NCBI GenBank assembly: GCA_007118855.1
Contig: SKQU01000134.1
Coordinates: forward strand, 1 to 61,512
Direction of reading: 5' to 3'
DNA from: Spirochaetaceae bacterium
Lineage (GTDB): Bacteria; Spirochaetota; Spirochaetia; DSM-27196; SLST01
Length of the DNA: 61,512 bases
The notes beneath the pieces were generated by a model. It searched no databases and had not been told where the DNA came from. It worked only from the letters and a program-made list of their open reading frames with translations. Each line of letters opens with the position of its first letter. Within the stretch, counting starts at the first letter, position 1. Positions 54,281 through 61,512 of the stretch are shown piece by piece. Position numbers and translations under genes: made by a program.

Positions 54281-54937
54281 TCAAGCAAGGCCCGCGGCGA
54301 GCAGTACGAGCAGATTGTACAGTCCGTGCGCGACGGCTACGCCATGCAGGCTCCTCGTGCGGTAGTACACGGCGGCGAGCACCAGCCCGATCGTAAGCGA
54401 GACGACGAAGCCGGCGAGTCCCTGGTAGATGTGACCGAGGGCGAATACGAGCGCCGCTACGCCCAGAGCGAGTCGGGCGTCGACGCCCGCCTCTTCGGCC
54501 CGGTCTGCAATGAAGGCGCGGAAGAAGATCTCCTCCCGGTACCCGATCGCGAGCGTCGAGACGAGGGCGAGGGGCAGTAGCTCGTGTCGATCGAAGGTCC
54601 ACGATACCGCCGGCTGCATCGATTCGGTCTGCGCACCAATGAGCCCGGCGGCCAACGACACCAGCCCCACGGTGACCCAGGAGGCGAGCAGTGCGACGAT
54701 CGCAGTGAACACGTCGCTGCGCTGTGGCCGCCGGAATCCGTAGCGGCGCGAGGAGCCCGGGCGCCGAATATCACCCATGGCGACGACGAGCAGGACCTGT
54801 GGAACCGCGACCAGGAGTACCTGGACGTGGTAGGCCGGCCGGTCGAAGGCGCCGGGGTCGATCTGGTCGGTCTGCGCGAACATTCCGGGCAGGAACAGCA
54901 CGGCGAACAGCAGGGCCAACTCTTTTCCTATGCTCAC
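54281..54937 (-). CDS. CPBP-family intramembrane glutamic endopeptidase (CAAX protease)
   Basis: REEIFFRAF, FALGHIYQG and AHGLYNL motifs in a multi-TM protein. Confidence 0.8.
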   Translation of the reverse strand: MSIGKELALLFAVLFLPGMFAQTDQIDPGAFDRPAYHVQVLLVAVPQVLLVVAMGDIRRPGSSRRYGFRRPQRSDVFTAIVALLASWVTVGLVSLAAGLIGAQTESMQPAVSWTFDRHELLPLALVSTLAIGYREEIFFRAFIADRAEEAGVDARLALGVAALVFALGHIYQGLAGFVVSLTIGLVLAAVYYRTRSLHGVAVAHGLYNLLVLLAAGLA

Positions 54938-54990
54938 CGCTCAGTTATACTCCATTCGACCGCCGGAGAAAACGGTTGAGATTGCCCCTC

Positions 54991-55024
54991 GGCGTGTCGA
55001 GAATCGAGGCAGAACCGACACGCC
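54991..55024 (+). promoter_or_regulatory. perfect 9-bp inverted repeat (GGCGTGTCG-N16-CGACACGCC) in the leader of the PilZ gene
   Basis: Read directly. It lies 44 nt upstream of ATG 55068 and has no U-tract, so it is not a terminator. Either an operator or an RNA hairpin is possible. Confidence 0.35.
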
Positions 55025-55067
55025 TTACGAGGAGCGGGAGGTGTGAGGCAGGGAGAGCCGACCCGGG

Positions 55068-56093
55068 ATGTTGATAGCGCTTGGTATAGCCGCCGTACTA
55101 CTCATCGCATTCATCGTCTTCATCCAACGGAACGGTGGTTTCGGGTTTCCGTGGCTGCAGTTCTACGTGAAGGGGAAGGAGTCCGGCTTTCGTTTTCGTG
55201 AGCTCAATCTGCTTCGCCACGTCGCCGTGGAGAACAACCTGCGGGATCCCACCTCTCTGTTCTGGTCCGAGAAGACCCTTGACCGCTGCATCCGGGGGAC
55301 CATCATCCGCTTTCGAGCGCGGAACAAGGAAGAGGACGAGAGCTCGGTCGTATTCCTGAACAAGCTGTTCGACTTCCGCAAGCGTGTCGAGTTCAACCTC
55401 CCCAAGTACCGCATAGGTATCACCTCTTCGCGCAGCATCACCCCGCAGCAGCCGCTGCGCATCACCTTTCCCGGCAGCGGGATCTTCCACGCAAAGGTCG
55501 TGGAGAACATGCGCCGGTATATGGCGATCAGCTATCCGAAGGGCAAGCCGCTGCCGCCGGGCTTCTCATGGGAGAAGCACAAGATCAACGTCTATTTCTG
55601 GCGCCCCGAGGACGCCGGATACCGCTTCGAGACCCGGGTGCTCGGGGACTATCTCGACCGCAAGTTCCCGATTCTCCACATCGCGCATTCGGACAATCTC
55701 GTGCGTGCCCAGAAGCGCGGATCGATCCGGGCGGCGCTGAACACCAACGGTCGGCTCTACGCGCTGCGATCGATCGACGAGACGAGCGAGGAGGCAGAGG
55801 GGAGCGGAGGATATCGGTGCCGCTTCGTGGATATCTCAGAGGACGGCGCGGCCGTCATGGTCGGCGGCAAGGCGAAGCCCGGGCTGCCCATCAAGCTGCA
55901 GACCGAGCTCTACGATCGCCCCGTGATCATGTCCGGGATCATCAAAGGAGTCACCTACAGACAGGCGAAGAACGTTTCCGTCCTGCACATCCAGGCGAGA
56001 CCCCCGTCGCCTGCGATGAAGAACTCGATCCTCACCTACGTCTACGGGATTTTCAACGAACCGGAACGGCGCACTGCGTCATCCCGGGCCTGA
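55068..56093 (+). CDS. membrane-anchored PilZ-domain c-di-GMP receptor (YcgR-like two-domain layout)
   Basis: N-terminal TM (LIALGIAAVLLIAFIVFI). C-terminal PilZ signatures RAQKRGSIR (RxxxR) and DISEDGAAV (DxSxxG). Confidence 0.75.
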   Translation: MLIALGIAAVLLIAFIVFIQRNGGFGFPWLQFYVKGKESGFRFRELNLLRHVAVENNLRDPTSLFWSEKTLDRCIRGTIIRFRARNKEEDESSVVFLNKLFDFRKRVEFNLPKYRIGITSSRSITPQQPLRITFPGSGIFHAKVVENMRRYMAISYPKGKPLPPGFSWEKHKINVYFWRPEDAGYRFETRVLGDYLDRKFPILHIAHSDNLVRAQKRGSIRAALNTNGRLYALRSIDETSEEAEGSGGYRCRFVDISEDGAAVMVGGKAKPGLPIKLQTELYDRPVIMSGIIKGVTYRQAKNVSVLHIQARPPSPAMKNSILTYVYGIFNEPERRTASSRA

Positions 56094-56137
56094 TAATATC
56101 TCTACCAGTGTTGATAAGTCTATTATCACATCTTTTA

Positions 56138-56166
56138 TTGAATTCCCGGTCGAAATCGGATAGTAT
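56138..56166 (+). promoter_or_regulatory. sigma-70-type promoter candidate (TTGAAT-17-TAGTAT)
   Basis: Sits in an AT-rich 95-nt gap. GAAGGAGG RBS precedes ATG 56189. Confidence 0.55.
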
Positions 56167-56188
56167 ACCCAGGCAGAAGGAGGCCAGG

Positions 56189-57376
56189 ATGAAGCGAAAG
56201 CTGGTGATGCTGTTGACCCTCGTGGTCGTCGCCGCGGTGTCGGGCTATGCCCAGGACACGAACCGGATACTGCAGGCGTATCGCGACCGGTTTCGGGACG
56301 CGAGCCCGGAGACGCGGTTGCAGATCCTGCGAACCGCGGACATGGCGACCGTCGAGGAACTCGGGCCGCTCTATCTGCAGGCGGTGCAATCGGTGCTCTC
56401 TCGCGCCGCCGAGATCCCCCGGAATGTCGTCCTCCGCGACATCGCGCTGTTCGCCGTTGAGAAGATTGGCGAGGGCGGCTACACACCGGCGACGTCCGCC
56501 TTGTGGACGCTCTTCCTCGAGTACGACGACAACACGGCGCGCATGCTGATTCTCGAGGTGCTCGCGGACATCGGCGGGGGCGACGCGCAGCTCGTGCGAG
56601 ATCTCAACGGATGGGTCCAGGCACGAGTGAACCTCTACCGCGGCGGCGTCATGCCCGATCAGCAGGTGCTGCGACGATCGGCACGGACGCTCGGCGAGCT
56701 CGGTGACCCTTCGTCCTTTCCCATCCTCCTTGACCTTCGTCTTGCCCGTATCTCGGCGGTCATCTCGGACGAGGCGAATGATGCGATGCGCGGGCTGCCG
56801 GGCGACTACGCGGATGCGGCCGTGGCGGCGGTGAACGCCCGCGGCGTCGCCGAGCGCCGCGAGGGGCTCGAATACTTCCTCTCGGAAGCCGGACTCGAAG
56901 GTGACGACCGCGCGAGAGTTGCCACGCGCGTGCTTGCTCATGCGGGAGCCGAGGTGCTGCGCGACGTCACGTTGATCGAGGAGCAGCGACAGGTGCGCTA
57001 TCGGGCCGCCCGCGAGCTGATGGACCTCTCGCATCCTCAGGCGGTCGAGCCGCTCATCCGGCACTTCAACCTCACCTTCTCCGACTACGAGCGTGGCATG
57101 ACGACGCGCACCTGGGTGCTCGAGGCGATAGCCGCGCTCGGCGCGACGGAGACCGAACGCGCGTCGAGGCGGCTTGTGGCCCTGCTCGACCTGCTCAACA
57201 CGTACACGGAGAACGACCGGCCCTATGATACGCAGGTCATGCTCGCGGTGATCACCAATCTCGAGCGTATCGGTGATCCTCAGGCCGCGGACGCGCTGTT
57301 CTACGTGACGATGCTCGACTACCCGCAGTCGGTCAGGGACGCAGCACGCGCAGCGCTCAACGCCGTTTCGCAGTGA
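56189..57376 (+). CDS. exported HEAT/ARM-like repeat protein
   Basis: Signal peptide MKRKLVMLLTLVVVAAVSGYA and repeated helical-hairpin units with LGELGDP / ERIGDPQA motifs typical of HEAT (PBS-lyase-type) repeats. Confidence 0.6.
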   Translation: MKRKLVMLLTLVVVAAVSGYAQDTNRILQAYRDRFRDASPETRLQILRTADMATVEELGPLYLQAVQSVLSRAAEIPRNVVLRDIALFAVEKIGEGGYTPATSALWTLFLEYDDNTARMLILEVLADIGGGDAQLVRDLNGWVQARVNLYRGGVMPDQQVLRRSARTLGELGDPSSFPILLDLRLARISAVISDEANDAMRGLPGDYADAAVAAVNARGVAERREGLEYFLSEAGLEGDDRARVATRVLAHAGAEVLRDVTLIEEQRQVRYRAARELMDLSHPQAVEPLIRHFNLTFSDYERGMTTRTWVLEAIAALGATETERASRRLVALLDLLNTYTENDRPYDTQVMLAVITNLERIGDPQAADALFYVTMLDYPQSVRDAARAALNAVSQ

Positions 57377-58809
57377 GCGCCCTGTTGCCGGCCGCCGCCG
57401 GTGCGGCGGCCGGGCATCTGTGGGCAGCGTCGGGCCTTCCTTCGATCTTCGTTCCGCTCTTCATCTTCCTCGCCGTGAGCATCACCTGCTCGGCTCCGCC
57501 CGCACGGAGAGCCGACGCGGCGAACACGCTCTTGCTCGCCTGTTGTGGAGTCGTCCTCGGGCTGCTGACCGGTCAGCTCGCGTCGAGCGCTCCCGGCGAG
57601 TCGTTTCCCGTGCTCCCCGGACGGATCACCCTGCTCGAAGGAGAGGTGCTCGGCGTGCGGGGCGACCGGGGGGAGCAGGCGATCACGGTCCGGCTCTCCG
57701 CGGCGGGTTCGCCCCAGGTGAGCGGTTCGGCGCGAGGCATCGTCGGGATCCGGGTGCCCGACTCATCAGATCTGCGCGTTGGAGATGAGGTGCATATCTC
57801 CGGAGTGGACGAGACCTCGCTGTGGCGCGACCGATCCGGACGACTGTGGATGCGGGCGGACGGGGCTGCGCGCGCGGGTGGGCGTGAGTCGCCTCCGTTG
57901 TCGGTCGTGGCGGTTGCGGCGGGAGCCCGCACGCGCATACGCACCGCGATCGACCAGGCGGCCGGCCGGGCCTCGCCGCTGCTCGCGGCGCTGCTGCTCG
58001 GCGACGGCTCGGACGTCGATCCAAGGGTTGAGCTGCTCTTCCGGCGATCCGGTGCGATCCATCTCCTTGCACTCTCCGGCATGCACCTGGCGGTCATCGC
58101 GATGCTGGTTCGGGCGGTCGTTCGGCCGTTCGGGGGGCCGCTCATGGCGATGGTGCTCGCGCTGGCGGCTTCCGGCCTGTACGTGCTGCTCGTCGGGCCC
58201 CGACCGGGGCTGGTTCGCGCCTGTCTGCTCGTGGCCTTCGGCACGATGGCGACGATCGCTGACAGACCGAGACCGCTGGTGGAGCTGCTCGCCGCATGCT
58301 TCCTCGCGCAGCTCCTGATCCAGCCGGGCATGGCCCGCAGCCTCGGGTTTCAGCTCTCCTACCTGAGCCTCCTCGGCATATCGCTCATGGCGACGCCGCT
58401 GTCCGAGCTCGGCCGCCGGTGGATACCAAGGGCGGTAGCCGGGCCGCTTGCGGCCGGGACCGGGGCACAGGTCATGACGTTGCCGCTTCTGATTGCCCGG
58501 TTCGGGCAGTGGTATCCGGCCGGCGTCATCGCGACGGTCGTGATGGGACCGCTGGTCCTGCTGTTCATGACCGGCGGGCTGATCGCCGTGGTGGCGGCTA
58601 TTGCCGGGGTGCGCGTGGTCGCTCTGGTATCGGTGCCGGTGCTCGAGGCACTCTACCGCGTGATAGAAGGTTCCGGGTGGCTCTTTGCAGCCGGCCCGTT
58701 GCTGGCGCCGCAGAATCCGCAGCCGTTCATTCTATGCGGCGCGGTCGCCGCAGCGATCAGCGCAGCCTGCGGGCTGGCATACCTGACGAGAAGGGCCTGC
58801 GGTGTTTGA
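57373..58809 (+). CDS. comEC: ComEC/Rec2-family membrane protein (OB plus competence domain, no metallo-beta-lactamase domain)
   Basis: LLLGDGSDVDPRVELLFRRSGAIHLLALSGMHLA core motif in a multi-TM protein. It ends at 478 aa with no HxHxDH. GTG start overlaps the upstream stop. Confidence 0.8.
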   Translation: MSALLPAAAGAAAGHLWAASGLPSIFVPLFIFLAVSITCSAPPARRADAANTLLLACCGVVLGLLTGQLASSAPGESFPVLPGRITLLEGEVLGVRGDRGEQAITVRLSAAGSPQVSGSARGIVGIRVPDSSDLRVGDEVHISGVDETSLWRDRSGRLWMRADGAARAGGRESPPLSVVAVAAGARTRIRTAIDQAAGRASPLLAALLLGDGSDVDPRVELLFRRSGAIHLLALSGMHLAVIAMLVRAVVRPFGGPLMAMVLALAASGLYVLLVGPRPGLVRACLLVAFGTMATIADRPRPLVELLAACFLAQLLIQPGMARSLGFQLSYLSLLGISLMATPLSELGRRWIPRAVAGPLAAGTGAQVMTLPLLIARFGQWYPAGVIATVVMGPLVLLFMTGGLIAVVAAIAGVRVVALVSVPVLEALYRVIEGSGWLFAAGPLLAPQNPQPFILCGAVAAAISAACGLAYLTRRACGV

Positions 58810-59662
58810 CGGGGTGGATGACGCGCCGAATCGAATCCGTCGGCTTCTTGAGGCGAACGGTCTGTCTCTGAAGAAACGGTGGGGGCAGAACTTCATGATC
58901 TCGCCGGCGGCTCGGGAGCGGGTGGTCAGTACACTCGATCCGCGGCCGGACGAGGATGTGTGGGAGATCGGTCCCGGCCTGGGAGGTATCACGGCGCTCC
59001 TGGTGGCGCGCGCACGGCGAGTGACGGTGTTCGAGGTCGACCACGGTCTGATCAGGCTGCTCGAGCGGCGTTTCGGCGAGCGGATCGCGATCGTTGCCGG
59101 TGACGCGGTACGGACTGTCGTCGAACGGTCGGACGAGCCGGCGAGGATCGTGGGTAACCTTCCCTACCGCTCGGCCGCGGCGATCATCACCGCCATCCTC
59201 GAGAATCCGAGGTTCCCGGCCGACGTCAGGCGGATGGTCTTCACCGTGCAGCGGGAGATGGCGGCACGCATGGTCGCCGGTCCCGGTTCGTCGGACTACT
59301 CGCCGTTCTCGGTTCTCTGCCGCATCACCGGTGAGCCGCGGACTATCGGTGACGTGTCGCCCGGCAGCTTCTACCCGGCGCCGCAGGTCGTATCGACGAT
59401 CGTACAGGTCGACCCGCGCGCGATCGACGTCAACATCCGCCGGCTCTGCTCGATCTGCGCCCGGTCGCTCTTTGCGCAGCGCCGGAAGACGATCGGCAAT
59501 ACGGCCCTGAATCTCGCCGCCGCACTCGGGCGCGACCCGAAGTTCGTCCGTGACAGAATCGAGGCGGCCGGAATCAGTCTCCGCTCGAGGGCGGAGGAGA
59601 TCCCCGTGGAAGGGTATCTATGTCTCGCGTCGCTTCTGTCGGCTGATCCCTCCCTGGAGTAG
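58802..59662 (+). CDS. rsmA: 16S rRNA (adenine1518/1519-N6)-dimethyltransferase RsmA/KsgA
   Basis: LKKRWGQNFM, EIGPGLGGIT and GNLPY motifs. Confidence 0.9.
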   Translation: MFDGVDDAPNRIRRLLEANGLSLKKRWGQNFMISPAARERVVSTLDPRPDEDVWEIGPGLGGITALLVARARRVTVFEVDHGLIRLLERRFGERIAIVAGDAVRTVVERSDEPARIVGNLPYRSAAAIITAILENPRFPADVRRMVFTVQREMAARMVAGPGSSDYSPFSVLCRITGEPRTIGDVSPGSFYPAPQVVSTIVQVDPRAIDVNIRRLCSICARSLFAQRRKTIGNTALNLAAALGRDPKFVRDRIEAAGISLRSRAEEIPVEGYLCLASLLSADPSLE

Positions 59663-59664
59663 CT

Positions 59665-60540
59665 CTACTCCGGCTGTACCTGTTCGAGCACCGCCTCCAT
59701 CTTCTCCTTGTCCTGCTGGTCGAGCGGGCAGAGCGGCAGCCGGTACGCTTCGGCGATCAGCTTGCGCGACGAGAGCGCGTACTTGATGGGGATAGGATTG
59801 GTCTGCAGGAAGACGCTCCGGAACAGCGGCAACAGGCTGTAGTGCAGCGCCTGCGCCTCCTCGAGGCGCCCGTCGAGGATCGCGTTCACCAGTCGGCCCA
59901 TCATCCTGGGCGCGATGTTGCTCGCCACCGACACCACCCCTTCGCCCCCGAGCGCCATGATGGGGAGCGTCAGGTTGTCGTCGCCCGAGAGGACCGCCAG
60001 GCCCTCCGGACGGACCGAGATGAGCTCCATGACCTGGGCCATGCTGCCGCTTGCCTCTTTGACCGCGACGATTCGCGGATGGGCCGCGAGCCGCAGCATC
60101 GTGTCGGTCTCGACATTGCAGGCGGTCCGTCCCTGGATATTGTAGACCATGATGGGAAGCTCGGCGGCATCTGCGATCGTCGTGAAGTGACGGTAGAGGC
60201 CTTCCTGGGTGGGTTTGTTGTAGTACGGCGTGACCTGCAGGCTCGCGGTCGCACCGACATCCTGCGCGAGCCGCGTCATTCGGACCGCCTCGGCGGTCGA
60301 ATTCGAGCCGGTTCCCGCGATGATCGCGAGCCTCCCCTTCGCCTGATCCGCCACGACCTCGACCACGCGTATGTTCTCTTCGTGCGTCACCGTTGGACTC
60401 TCGCCCGTGGTTCCCATGGGTACGATGCCCTGGACTCCCGCGGAGATCTGCAGGTCCACCAGGTTTCGAAGCGCTCCCTCATCGATCGACCCGTCGGTGT
60501 TGAACGGGGTCACCAGCGCCGTATAGACTCCTCGGAACAT
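59665..60540 (-). CDS. dapA: 4-hydroxy-tetrahydrodipicolinate synthase
   Basis: GVYTALVTPF, GTTGESPT and YYNKPTQEG motifs. ATG 60540 is preceded by GGAGGA. Confidence 0.9.
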   Translation of the reverse strand: MFRGVYTALVTPFNTDGSIDEGALRNLVDLQISAGVQGIVPMGTTGESPTVTHEENIRVVEVVADQAKGRLAIIAGTGSNSTAEAVRMTRLAQDVGATASLQVTPYYNKPTQEGLYRHFTTIADAAELPIMVYNIQGRTACNVETDTMLRLAAHPRIVAVKEASGSMAQVMELISVRPEGLAVLSGDDNLTLPIMALGGEGVVSVASNIAPRMMGRLVNAILDGRLEEAQALHYSLLPLFRSVFLQTNPIPIKYALSSRKLIAEAYRLPLCPLDQQDKEKMEAVLEQVQPE

Positions 60541-60551
60541 GCAATCCTCCA

Positions 60552-61309
60552 TCAAGATTCGGTAAGCAATTCTGCGATGAACTGTTCAACGGTGAACAGA
60601 CCCTTCCTGCCGATTATCCACTCGGCCGCACGCACCGCGCCGAGCGCGAACCCGCCGCGGGTTCGTGCCCGGTGGGTGATCTCGATCGTGTCCGCCGGCG
60701 CGTCGAGGTACACGGTATGCGTGCCCGGAACAGACCCGCCGCGGGTCGAGCTCACGTGAAGCTCGTCCTCCCGCGGCTGCCGGTCGAGCCGGGCCGTCTC
60801 GACCGACCGTTTGCGGGGCACCGAGGCGAGTAGAGCCTCGGCAAGACTCAGCGCCGTACCGGACGGGCTGTCCTTCTTGCCCCGATGGTGCATCTCATGC
60901 ACCGCGATATCGTATTCCTCGAGCTCGCGTACCAGCGCTCCAGCCTTCGCGGCAAGCCGGAGAAACACCTGGGCACCGACCGAGAAGTTCGAGCCGTAGA
61001 CTACTCCGCAGCCGGCCGCCTCAACCCGCCCGCGGACCTCTTCAAGCCAGGCAGACCACCCGGTGGTACCGATCACGGCGGCGCACCCCGCCTGTGCGTA
61101 GGCGCGCACGTTCCCTGCAACGGCGTCCGGAAGCGAGAACTCGATCGCCACGTCGCATCCCTCCAGTGATACCGGCGTCACGGCCGCCGCCTGTATCCCC
61201 CCGTCGTCAAGCGTCGGGTCGATGATACGCCCGACCTCGTGCCCGCGGTCGAGCACGATCGTCTCGACTTCGCGTCCCATGCGCCCGTATCCGACGATCG
61301 CGACGCGCA

Positions 61310-61310
<1 letters not shown>
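60552..61310 (-). CDS. dapB: 4-hydroxy-tetrahydrodipicolinate reductase
   Basis: MRVAIVGYGRMG, EMHHRGKKDSPSGTA and HRARTRGGFALGA motifs. Confidence 0.9.

Positions 61311-61512
<202 letters not shown>

Overview
GC-rich bacterial chromosomal segment, almost entirely coding: about 55 protein genes and one tRNA-Phe. I saw no rRNA, CRISPR array, transposase, integrase or prophage signature. Content is mainly housekeeping: murG, holB-like, lysC-asd, punA-like PNP, groES, ppdK, alaS, hisZ-hisG-hisB, rsmD, recG, dnaE, fabZ, ccdA/tlpA, rsmA, dapA-dapB and a pta fragment. Several traits suggest a spirochaete-like lineage (inference only, no search was possible): groES without groEL, a 594-aa AlaRS lacking the C-Ala domain, a FliG paralog away from flagellar genes, a membrane-anchored PilZ receptor, and a PAS-kinase/sigma-54-activator pair together with an RpoS-sized sigma factor. 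The items most worth a second look are: (1) a complete three-subunit xanthine-dehydrogenase-family Mo-hydroxylase translationally packed behind a Wzz / NusG-paralog / NDP-sugar dehydratase / aminotransferase module, with apparently degenerate Moco-contact motifs; (2) a RadC-like JAB (JAMM) domain fused to an Fe-S DinG helicase; (3) a near-consensus sigma-54 -24/-12 promoter directly in front of the RpoS-like sigma gene; (4) a 1829-aa single-chain BC-BCCP-central-CT carboxylase divergent from fabZ. The many long ORFs antisense to real genes look like high-GC artefacts. All start codons were chosen by eye from RBS and overlap logic and are less certain than stops.
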